Source: a virus
Lineage: Duplodnaviria; Caudoviricetes
Virus record (IMG/VR): IMGVR_UViG_3300045974_000041
Coordinates: 971-64,970 of that record
DNA: 64,000 nucleotides
Direction: 5' to 3' (one strand)
Made by a program: the position numbers and the translations under genes. A model generated the notes under the pieces. It ran no database searches, was not told where the DNA came from, and saw only the letters and a list, made by a program, of their open reading frames with translations. How positions within the stretch are numbered: the stretch's first letter is position 1; every line of letters starts with the position of its first letter. Shown piece by piece: positions 47,277 to 55,379 of this stretch.

Positions 47277-48232
47277 TTTTTATACCGTTTCATTAAGTAT
47301 TTCAAGCTTACAAACATAGGGTCATAACTACCCTTGTGAACATTATGCTTAACAATCACACCACGGAAGTGATGATTACCTTGTACACCTTTATATCCTT
47401 CATTATGAGGGTAGCAGGCTCCTGCAATCAATCCCCATTGCTGAGTGCCTGATGTTGGCAGAAAACGTGTTGCTACGTCAAGTGTTTGTTTATGGCCTTG
47501 TGTGAAACTTTCGCCAACCTTTTGTAAAATATTCAAAGTGCTACCACCATAAGGTTTACCAGTGAAAGGATTAGCAAAGAAGTGGCAGTAGTTAATACCG
47601 TCAATGTTGATAGGTGTCAGAAATGGCACTACTTCCCATCCAAACTGTTCATATTGCAAGCTATCCATTGTCAAGAATCCTTCAAGCTCCGGATTGGATT
47701 CAATATGACGTGTCAACCTATCTTCGTGATTACCAAGCGTCAACACCATACGAGGCTGGTAGTCAGGATTAAACTGTTGGTAGGATCGCAAAGGTGCTAG
47801 TAGTGTTTCCATACCTTTTACAGCTGCATCAATATCTTTTTGAATACGACGCCCTTCAGCACTCTTCTTACCTTTGTCATAGCTTGACAGGCTTTCAAGG
47901 TCTGCAAAATCACCAAGATGGATGATTACATCAGGCTTCTTAGCCACAATATATTCACCAATGCAACGGAGCCAATCAAGATTGGTAGATGCCTTAACTT
48001 GACTATCAGGGATAACAAAGTGTGTTACATCCTTTTTCTTATTGGCCTTAACCTTACTAGGACATAAGACAGTTTCAACAATATCAACAGGTGTATCTAC
48101 AGTGTGTAGAGTTTCTACAGTTCGTAGAAAATCACTAACAGTAGATTTGCCAATACCTAGCATCTTGGCAATGTTACGCCATGACATACCAGAGTTGGAA
48201 AGATTGATTGCAGTGGAGTGCCAGTGTTTCAA
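47273..48232 (-). CDS. calcineurin-like metallophosphoesterase with N-terminal HTH
   Basis: IPDSQ, HLGDFAD, LGNHE, QGH; SWRNIAKMLGIGKSTVSD helix-turn-helix. Confidence 0.85.
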   Translation of the reverse strand: MKHWHSTAINLSNSGMSWRNIAKMLGIGKSTVSDFLRTVETLHTVDTPVDIVETVLCPSKVKANKKKDVTHFVIPDSQVKASTNLDWLRCIGEYIVAKKPDVIIHLGDFADLESLSSYDKGKKSAEGRRIQKDIDAAVKGMETLLAPLRSYQQFNPDYQPRMVLTLGNHEDRLTRHIESNPELEGFLTMDSLQYEQFGWEVVPFLTPINIDGINYCHFFANPFTGKPYGGSTLNILQKVGESFTQGHKQTLDVATRFLPTSGTQQWGLIAGACYPHNEGYKGVQGNHHFRGVIVKHNVHKGSYDPMFVSLKYLMKRYKK

Positions 48233-48555
48233 GATAGTTGTCCCTCTAAGTGAGCAATACGGTGTTTCAATTCTTTAATCTCAGCACGAATTTTATGGTT
48301 TTTGAAGTCTGAAGTGTTACTATATACAACCTCTCCTACCCTATTAGGGTTAATGCTGGTCATACCAAACTGCTCTTTGCAAATAGTTTGGATAACATCA
48401 CTCCCACTAAGGTCTAAGCTAGATAAGTGGTAATATTTATCCTTCTCGTCTACGAATACCCATTCACTATTTTTTAGGAATGCAATGTGCCATTCATCTT
48501 CAATTTCAACACGATAGAGAGGTTTGAGAATACGTGCAAAATCTTCTTTAGTCAT
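48229..48555 (-). CDS. hypothetical protein
   Basis: ORF in operon. Confidence 0.55.
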   Translation of the reverse strand: MTKEDFARILKPLYRVEIEDEWHIAFLKNSEWVFVDEKDKYYHLSSLDLSGSDVIQTICKEQFGMTSINPNRVGEVVYSNTSDFKNHKIRAEIKELKHRIAHLEGQLS

Positions 48556-48556
48556 T

Positions 48557-49081
48557 TTACAATCCTTTTCTGATAATCTCTGTCAAAGCTTTTCTACGCT
48601 TAACTTCATTACTAACATCTGTGTAGCCATGCTTGTTTAGTAATGCCAGCATAGCAGGTTTTGTCATCTCTTTCAACATCTTGATAGCTTTAATTTGTAC
48701 AGTAGCTTCTTCCAATGTCACACCCTGTTTTTCAGAGTAGGTTTTAATGTTGTGGCAAGTGTCACACAATACTTGAAGCTTGTCAACATCACAAAACAGC
48801 CTTTGTACAAACGGTGCTAGGTGACTCCAGTCTGTCAATTCACCAGCAGGCGCTATATGGTCTACTGCCACCTCTTTAAAGCTATACAAGCCCTTACAAG
48901 AAGCACAAGCATAACACACCTTCTGACGCTTGTTATCACCCTTGTAAGGCTTCTGTGCAGCCTTTAGAGCCATAAAAATAGGAGGCCAGCGCCTGCTAGC
49001 ACTCCGTAACACAGACCGTATGTATGTTAGAAAGCGCTTGTCATCGGATGACAATATTGGCGCAGCTTTCTTAGTTGCCAT
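48557..49081 (-). CDS. HNH endonuclease
   Basis: CASC, VDHI.P, LQVLCDTCH..KT. Confidence 0.85.
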   Translation of the reverse strand: MATKKAAPILSSDDKRFLTYIRSVLRSASRRWPPIFMALKAAQKPYKGDNKRQKVCYACASCKGLYSFKEVAVDHIAPAGELTDWSHLAPFVQRLFCDVDKLQVLCDTCHNIKTYSEKQGVTLEEATVQIKAIKMLKEMTKPAMLALLNKHGYTDVSNEVKRRKALTEIIRKGL

Positions 49082-49460
49082 AGATAGATTTCAAGCGAAA
49101 AAACTCTCTTAGTGTCAAGCTGTGTATAAATTGTACACCACAGACAAGAAAACTGCCCCTACCTGAGTTTGTACTTACTCCGTTAATGTAGAAGTCGTAA
49201 ATACAATAAACTTCTTGGAAAATGGAATGATCGGCAATCTCAATAGACACATGGGCAAGACTGGTGTAACGGTCTTTGATAGTTCTCTCGAACTTCGCAA
49301 TGTTATGTATGAGTTGGTAAGTAATATCTCCGTTTTCGTCGTTTGCTAACAGATCAACTTTAAACAAATTATGGAATGCTTCCCCCACTTCACTACTTTG
49401 ATCGGTGTATCTTTCACCCTTCTCTGTCATAACAATTACGCGCACATCTTTAAAGTTCAT
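49071..49460 (-). CDS. hypothetical protein
   Basis: ORF in operon. Confidence 0.55.
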   Translation of the reverse strand: MNFKDVRVIVMTEKGERYTDQSSEVGEAFHNLFKVDLLANDENGDITYQLIHNIAKFERTIKDRYTSLAHVSIEIADHSIFQEVYCIYDFYINGVSTNSGRGSFLVCGVQFIHSLTLREFFRLKSIYGN

Positions 49461-49747
49461 ACAATGCCTTTCAATTTAATATCAGCTGTTGGACAAAGGA
49501 CTTCTCTCTTAGCCTCTCTCACTTGCAATTCTATCACTTCATATAAACCATAATGCTTATTAAACATTTGTTTATGTTTAGCTTCAGCTTTACCTTTCGT
49601 AGTGTATGTGGCAGGAGAATTACTACTACCTGTACGCATGTAAAGGCCAAACTGCTCTGTCCTGCTAATTCTCTCTACCTTTGGTTTTCTCTTAACCACC
49701 CAAAGCTGTGTAAGCTCTACGTCTTCCACGTCTAGCCAGTAGTGCAT
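49457..49747 (-). CDS. hypothetical protein
   Basis: ORF in operon. Confidence 0.55.
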   Translation of the reverse strand: MHYWLDVEDVELTQLWVVKRKPKVERISRTEQFGLYMRTGSSNSPATYTTKGKAEAKHKQMFNKHYGLYEVIELQVREAKREVLCPTADIKLKGIV

Positions 49748-50793
49748 TATTCAATCCCTAGCTTGTCTAACATCGTTGGGACATGCACACAATCACCTTT
49801 ACGTCTAAGCATCATAGCCAATGTCCAATTCTCTTGCAACATATATTTCCAATCAATCTTAATCTTATCACCACGCCAGCCTACAATTTCCATAGGCTCA
49901 GGATAGATTGTTTTGTAACCAGTTGCAAGCGCTTTGATAGCTTCCTTATGCTTCTTGCAATCTTTCAACAGTTTGTAGCTAGCCTTCTCACCCCACTTTA
50001 CACTTGGGTTTCCACTGTTAGCTTTGTAATTGTCTACACTGTCTCCGCATAGTATCTGGTGGTAGAGCCACAAAGCCCCTTCCCCATCTACATCTCCCTT
50101 GGCATTCAAGTAAAGCTCTCCTAGCCCCTCTACAAGTCTTGGAATAGCCTTTACACCACCTTCTTCAGATGGATGATAATCTTTGTCAGGATTAAAGTGC
50201 CAACCTTCCGTTTGCTTTGCATCCTTATCAACAGCGATGGCAATCACTTTCACCTTACCATTTTTCTTCCAAGCCCTATACCCTTCCAAGCAATCAATAG
50301 CAACCATATCATCAGCTTCTACACCTTCTACTAGATGACAATTATGAATAGCCATTGCATACTCTTTCATAGCATCTAAATGTATAGGACGTATCAGGTC
50401 TTTACGATTACCTTTATACTCCATCACTGTAGCAGCATTGTTTCTAAATGTCTCACCTCTACCTGTGTAGCCATAATAACTCTTAGCACCTAAGTTTTCA
50501 CAAATCTTCCTAACATCTTTGTCAAGCTTCTTAGTGGCAATATGTATTCCTAAATCAATTTGCAAATCTTCTACAACGAAGTCTTCAGCTTTATACGCTT
50601 TGCCATATTCTTCATTTTGCTCTTTAATCCAACCACCATCCTTTGTACGCCAGTTTCCCCATAGCTCTGTACGATTGGAGAATGTGAAAGGCTCACCAGT
50701 TGGGATGTGTGTAGCACAAACCTTAGTTTGCTGTGCTGAACAAGCTGCTGCATAGATTGCAAAGTCCATGTCAAATACTAATTTTATTTCCAT
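49747..50793 (-). CDS. 5'-3' exonuclease (T7 gp6-like)
   Basis: FDMD, FR......YKGNR, EADD, DKD, GDSVDN. Confidence 0.88.
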   Translation of the reverse strand: MEIKLVFDMDFAIYAAACSAQQTKVCATHIPTGEPFTFSNRTELWGNWRTKDGGWIKEQNEEYGKAYKAEDFVVEDLQIDLGIHIATKKLDKDVRKICENLGAKSYYGYTGRGETFRNNAATVMEYKGNRKDLIRPIHLDAMKEYAMAIHNCHLVEGVEADDMVAIDCLEGYRAWKKNGKVKVIAIAVDKDAKQTEGWHFNPDKDYHPSEEGGVKAIPRLVEGLGELYLNAKGDVDGEGALWLYHQILCGDSVDNYKANSGNPSVKWGEKASYKLLKDCKKHKEAIKALATGYKTIYPEPMEIVGWRGDKIKIDWKYMLQENWTLAMMLRRKGDCVHVPTMLDKLGIE

Positions 50794-50816
50794 ATACTCT
50801 CCTAGCTGGAATGATA

Positions 50817-50849
50817 AAAGCCTCCTACCCCTGTTAAGGATAAGAGGCT
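50817..50849 (-). terminator. terminator after SSB
   Basis: AGCCTC...GAGGCT stem; A-run on the + strand. Confidence 0.55.
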
Positions 50850-50893
50850 ATTAACTACCTCACAGGTAGCTACCTTACAGGAAGCTTACATTC

Positions 50894-51592
50894 TTAATAA
50901 GGAATGTCATCTTCTTCATCAGATTCTACGGGCGGCTTAGGCTTCTTGACAGGTTTTGTAGGCTTAGCAGGAGCTTCGTCTTCTTCCTCGTCAGCTTTAG
51001 TAGCTTTCTTAGGGGCTGTCTGCTTCTCTACAGCTGCCTTGCTATCCTCTGGAAGTGCTGCTAGCTCTTTAACACCCCAGCTGCTACCAACTGCCACGCT
51101 AGCGCTGCTATCACCATCACCCTCGTCAGGTGGTGTGTATTCAATCATATCTGTTACTAGGATTGATACAAGCTGCACGTTCAAACCAAAATTGTTAGAA
51201 TATGAGGAGTATTCCAAACTGCCTTTACTACCATTACCAATCAACTTTGTAGCTGTTACATCTACAATCTTGCTGCCAACCTTTTGAAATGCCCGTGGTC
51301 GATATTGCTCTGGCAGAGGTACACCATCTTTAGAGGCCATCTTTTTGATGTTAATGACATATTGATTTTCTTGTTCAGGGAATGGAGCTTCAAAGCCGTA
51401 TTTAGCTTCAAAGTCTTCAGTGTCAATAGCCTTTGCATCAGTTTTACTGCCTTTGAACTCAGTATTCCAAGCCTTAGCAGCAGCCTTGCTCATAACACAT
51501 GCGACGCTAAATTCGGTGTTAGCTTTGTTAATTGCTGGTACAGGATTCTTAATCTTGGTGAAAGCGAAGAATACATTATCAAGAGTAGCCAT
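50894..51592 (-). CDS. single-stranded DNA-binding protein (T7 gp2.5-like)
   Basis: LIGNGSKG motif; acidic tail ending DDIPY. Confidence 0.8.
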   Translation of the reverse strand: MATLDNVFFAFTKIKNPVPAINKANTEFSVACVMSKAAAKAWNTEFKGSKTDAKAIDTEDFEAKYGFEAPFPEQENQYVINIKKMASKDGVPLPEQYRPRAFQKVGSKIVDVTATKLIGNGSKGSLEYSSYSNNFGLNVQLVSILVTDMIEYTPPDEGDGDSSASVAVGSSWGVKELAALPEDSKAAVEKQTAPKKATKADEEEDEAPAKPTKPVKKPKPPVESDEEDDIPY

Positions 51593-51684
51593 ATCTATAG
51601 TTCCTTTAAGTTAAATAATGTGCAGAGCATTTGCGTTATGACTACTGCACTAGCCAGCTGGTTCCAATCAGCTATTATGGAATT

Positions 51685-51759
51685 GAAAAGAATGTGTAGG
51701 ATTTGAACCTACATTGCCACCACTCAAAGGTGGTATCTTGCCAGTTAGATGAACATTCT
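51685..51759 (-). tRNA. degenerate tRNA, Gln(TTG)/Ser(TGA) ambiguous, no CCA
   Basis: full cloverleaf (AGAATGT acceptor, GTAGG-TTCAAAT-CCTAC); loop TTTGAGT; 3' end TTTCA. Confidence 0.65.
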
Positions 51760-51763
51760 TATT

Positions 51764-51842
51764 TGGTGAAGGCGGCAGGACTCGAACCTGCATTGATCCA
51801 CTTACTCGGCTACGGGTTAGAAGCCCGTTGAGATACGCCCCC
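51764..51842 (-). ncRNA. D-arm-less tRNA-like RNA with Arg(TCT) anticodon arm
   Basis: GGGGGCG/CGCCTTC-ACCA, ACGGG-CTTCTAA-CCCGT, GCAGG-TTCGAGT-CCTGC; only 7 nt where the D arm should be. Confidence 0.75.
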
Positions 51843-51850
51843 ATGTTTGT

Positions 51851-52069
51851 CTATCGCTTCTTAATCCCTGCCAAGCTCCCTACTAAAATGAATAGCAAAG
51901 CCACTCCAAAGATTGCTGCTATGATGGCTAGAGGAATCCACAGGGGACTCATAACCCACACCCAACTCCAAGTTGCCACCGCGCCAATCCCTGCCAGCTT
52001 TAAAGTGATAAAGATTAGCAACAGGATGCCAGCGAAGGGGAATGTGTTTGCAGCTTTATTAGTTGACAT
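51851..52069 (-). CDS. small membrane protein (conserved phage family)
   Basis: FITLKL.G....WSWVWV.SPLWIP. Confidence 0.75.
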   Translation of the reverse strand: MSTNKAANTFPFAGILLLIFITLKLAGIGAVATWSWVWVMSPLWIPLAIIAAIFGVALLFILVGSLAGIKKR

Positions 52070-52225
52070 TATACACCTTTCTAAGATATTTGCAAATAAT
52101 TCGTTCCGCTTACAATTATACGGAGCTAGCTTAACGTACTAGCTGCATGTTCCCAATAGTACACCTATCACGTTCCTTGAAACGACTCTGCTTGAGTAAA
52201 GGGCAAGCTACGTTGCCAGAATTTA

Positions 52226-54349
52226 TTAGTGAATCTCACACCAGTTTCTACCTATTTTAGCCTCTCCGTCTAATTCGACGGACAGTTTTAATAGTTTCCC
52301 TGCTTCCCTGATAGCTTTGATAGACATTTCTGCAATCTCGTCAGCAATATCAGGGCTTACTTCCCAAGTGTACTCATCGTGGTAGTAAATCACTCGTCTT
52401 ACTTCATAGCCTTTATATAAGTAGCAAGGCTTGTAGTTGCTGTCAAGCTCTATGCCACCTAACCAACTATCCATCAAAGCACATGCTACATCCATTACAA
52501 TCGCACCACAACTTTGAAAACAAATGTTGATAAGGCTGTGCTTACTTCTGGTGCAAAGCATTCTACCATCAATAGCTTTTACATAACGCTCTCTGCCGAC
52601 ACCTTTCCAATAATTCTCAATACCTTCCTTGAGTACCTTCAGAGCTAGGTTATTATCCCAAAAATTGTCATACATTCTCTTCCCAACCGACTCCGGCTTA
52701 CCGAGTGTCTTGGCAAGTTTTGGCGGGCTACAACCATACAAAATAGCGTAAATGCCTGTTTTTGCTTTATTCCTCCAAGGCTTAAAATCCTTGTCATCCT
52801 TGTTGAAATCTGGTGAATCAAGATCAAACTTTGCAGTCTCTTCTGGAAAGAAGATTTTGGAATTCCTGCTATGCACGTCGCCAAACATAACAACATTAGC
52901 ATACTCACCACCATCATACTTGAATGTGTATGCCCCTGCTACACGATTTTCCAAGCCTGCTGCATCAGTACCTACAAACACTGTTCCTTCAGGAGCCTTG
53001 AAAAGTTCTCTAAACTCTTTACCCAATAACACATCGTCAGACGCTTTTGGCACGTTACAAACTTGCCTATGTGCCTGTCTAAACGTATTAGTAATCTTAC
53101 TAGCTCCTGCTGTCAATCTCCCATCAATAGCGATTCTAGGCTCTTCAATCCACGTAGAAAGCACTCCAAGCCTATTACGCAAGCTTAGATACCTAACCAC
53201 CTTTTTAGGCGTTTCAGCCTCGATTAAAAGCAAATTAGGGCATATCTTGCCAGCTTCTTGTAGCTTAGGTGTTGTAGGGATGAGTTGTTTATTATCATCC
53301 TTCTCAAACTTACCCTTACTGTCTTTCTTGTAGTTCCACAATGTAGGTTCCCAACCAAGCTCTAGGAAATAATCTTTCATTTCCATCTGGTCTTTCAGCT
53401 TCATTGGTAACTTTACATCTAGCAATACATTACTACCCACTTCGTAACACTTGCCATACGCATCTACAATCCTACCATCTTCCAACACTTTGCAATTATG
53501 CTTCTCTACAAAGTTAAGCATGTGGCTACTATACTCACCATTCTTTTTGAATGGTTTAGCAGGCATTGTGTAATATCCCCCTTCACCCTTCTTCAAAGGT
53601 CTTGGTGGCAAGAGAGGTTCAATCTCTTGTGCAATCTCTTCGATGTAAGCTTCAATACGAGGCTTCAATATTTTGGCCTTATCAATGTCAAAACTAACAC
53701 CTGTCACAGCTTGACACTGCATTAGCCAGAATGCTTTTTGCCCAAGTCGGTAAGAAGGGTGCGGAGTCCAAGAAGCTCCATACAACTTCTCAGCAGCTGT
53801 CCATTGTCGTTTAAACAGTCCAGAGTTTGCCCATACGTCTTGGTCGCAATAATCTTCCATGAGAATATGGTAGAAACTAAACTCAAAGCCTTTAGGCTCA
53901 TCACCTGTCATAGCACCAGCTGCCACAAGCTTTCCTCGATAATCCATCTTCTCTGAGCCAGTGTTAAAACACAATGATTCCAGAGAATAGCTGTTTAAAT
54001 CTGGCTCTAAGAATTGTGCAAGGTAGAATGTATCAATAAACTGTACAGGCTTCCCTTCAAAATAGTCTTTACCCTTCTTACCAACTTCTGTCCTAATATC
54101 TAGCAACTTCCACATGGCTAGATTGTCATAACCTAAAATGTTGTGACCAGCTACAACACAACCGTCTGGAAAACTATTAAGCCACTCCATCCATCTGTCA
54201 TAACTATCTTGCACACCATCACGGAACGGATGCAAGGAAATGCTACGTTGGTTGTCAATACTACGAGCATTAATATACCAGATAGTTGTTACAGCCGGAT
54301 AAAGGTTGTCTCCTTCAATGTCATATATAAAACCTTCTGGTAATCCCAT
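52226..54349 (-). CDS. DNA polymerase family A (T7-like) with 3'-5' exonuclease
   Basis: YDIE, GHN..GYD, GTDAAGLE.R, R..AKT..YA.LYG, YHDE. Confidence 0.95.
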   Translation of the reverse strand: MGLPEGFIYDIEGDNLYPAVTTIWYINARSIDNQRSISLHPFRDGVQDSYDRWMEWLNSFPDGCVVAGHNILGYDNLAMWKLLDIRTEVGKKGKDYFEGKPVQFIDTFYLAQFLEPDLNSYSLESLCFNTGSEKMDYRGKLVAAGAMTGDEPKGFEFSFYHILMEDYCDQDVWANSGLFKRQWTAAEKLYGASWTPHPSYRLGQKAFWLMQCQAVTGVSFDIDKAKILKPRIEAYIEEIAQEIEPLLPPRPLKKGEGGYYTMPAKPFKKNGEYSSHMLNFVEKHNCKVLEDGRIVDAYGKCYEVGSNVLLDVKLPMKLKDQMEMKDYFLELGWEPTLWNYKKDSKGKFEKDDNKQLIPTTPKLQEAGKICPNLLLIEAETPKKVVRYLSLRNRLGVLSTWIEEPRIAIDGRLTAGASKITNTFRQAHRQVCNVPKASDDVLLGKEFRELFKAPEGTVFVGTDAAGLENRVAGAYTFKYDGGEYANVVMFGDVHSRNSKIFFPEETAKFDLDSPDFNKDDKDFKPWRNKAKTGIYAILYGCSPPKLAKTLGKPESVGKRMYDNFWDNNLALKVLKEGIENYWKGVGRERYVKAIDGRMLCTRSKHSLINICFQSCGAIVMDVACALMDSWLGGIELDSNYKPCYLYKGYEVRRVIYYHDEYTWEVSPDIADEIAEMSIKAIREAGKLLKLSVELDGEAKIGRNWCEIH

Positions 54350-54357
54350 ATAGCCCC

Positions 54358-54618
54358 TTAACTGTTATCAACGTCCTTCATAGTGTAGCACAAGTCATCA
54401 AACTCTTGCAACCACTCATTAGGAATTTTCTTGCTAGCATTATTATACCGTAACATTGCTTCCAACAACTCTGTCACCCTCATCCTATCGACAACCTCTC
54501 TAGGTCTGCAAGGGATAGGAGAAAGATTTTTAGCTAAGTATTCTGCAAAGTTGTCACGAGCGCTCTCTTTTGACAATACAGCTTTAACATTTGGTGGGTC
54601 AAAGAACCTATTAGACAT
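54358..54618 (-). CDS. hypothetical protein
   Basis: R..ELLEAM.RY...K.IP.EW..E motif common in phages. Confidence 0.65.
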   Translation of the reverse strand: MSNRFFDPPNVKAVLSKESARDNFAEYLAKNLSPIPCRPREVVDRMRVTELLEAMLRYNNASKKIPNEWLQEFDDLCYTMKDVDNS

Positions 54619-54871
54619 ATTTCGATAACCTCGTTAGTTGGTTGATAAGGGTGTAAGCGTAGTAGTCAATACCATCTCGCATTCCACCACTATAAGCGTC
54701 ATCAATATTACCTCCAAAGCGGTTTTCCGCATCTACAAACTCTTCCTCTTCTTCCTGATATTCTTTAGCTCGTCTAGCAAGCATATCTATTACCCACACT
54801 AGCAACGGTTTACAAGCCTCTCCTGAAAAATCTTCTATCTTAGCCTGTAACTCTTTGATTTCAGTTTCCAT
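54611..54871 (-). CDS. hypothetical protein (possible distant paralog of the next two)
   Basis: ORF in operon. Confidence 0.6.
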   Translation of the reverse strand: METEIKELQAKIEDFSGEACKPLLVWVIDMLARRAKEYQEEEEEFVDAENRFGGNIDDAYSGGMRDGIDYYAYTLINQLTRLSKYV

Positions 54872-55110
54872 TACCTGTTTACCTCATCAGTCAATTGTAC
54901 ACCAAATCTGCACACTGTAGAGTAAGCATGTTGCAATAAGTGTTCAGCATAACTTTTAATACCTTCAGCATACTCATCTAAGTCTCCTTCATCAATATCT
55001 TGAGCATTGATTGCAAAAGATGATAGTAGTTCTTCAATCAGTTCATAAAGATACTCAGAAGGTATATGTTTTATTTTTTCCAGTATTTCAGTCTTTCTAG
55101 GTATTGCCAT
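54871..55110 (-). CDS. hypothetical protein (paralog)
   Basis: MAIPRKTEILEKIKHIPSEYLYELIEELLSSF. Confidence 0.65.
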   Translation of the reverse strand: MAIPRKTEILEKIKHIPSEYLYELIEELLSSFAINAQDIDEGDLDEYAEGIKSYAEHLLQHAYSTVCRFGVQLTDEVNR

Positions 55111-55370
55111 TATTCTTCACCCTCATTATCATCAAAGGCTTCTTTCTCATAACCATCAAGAAGGTAGTCAGTAAGATTTAGTAAAAATCTCGCACAACTT
55201 TCTTTTCCTCTCTCGAAGTCTTCATCTGGAAACCCATGCCTTTCACCTTCAGGGTCGGTATTAGTATTTACCGAAAAAGATGTTATTAGCTCATCCAACA
55301 GCTCATAAACATACTCAGGAGGAAGTTTTTGGATGCGGTGTATTAGCTCTAAGCTTGTAGGTAATGCCAT
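55110..55370 (-). CDS. hypothetical protein (paralog)
   Basis: MALPTSLELIHRIQKLPPEYVYELLDELITSF. Confidence 0.65.
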   Translation of the reverse strand: MALPTSLELIHRIQKLPPEYVYELLDELITSFSVNTNTDPEGERHGFPDEDFERGKESCARFLLNLTDYLLDGYEKEAFDDNEGEE

Positions 55371-55379
55371 TATTACTCC

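Noticed and set aside
51764-51842. Amber suppressor (CTA) reading of the tRNA-like RNA
   Set aside because: The perfect 5-bp stem centres TCT in the 7-nt loop; CTA is off register.
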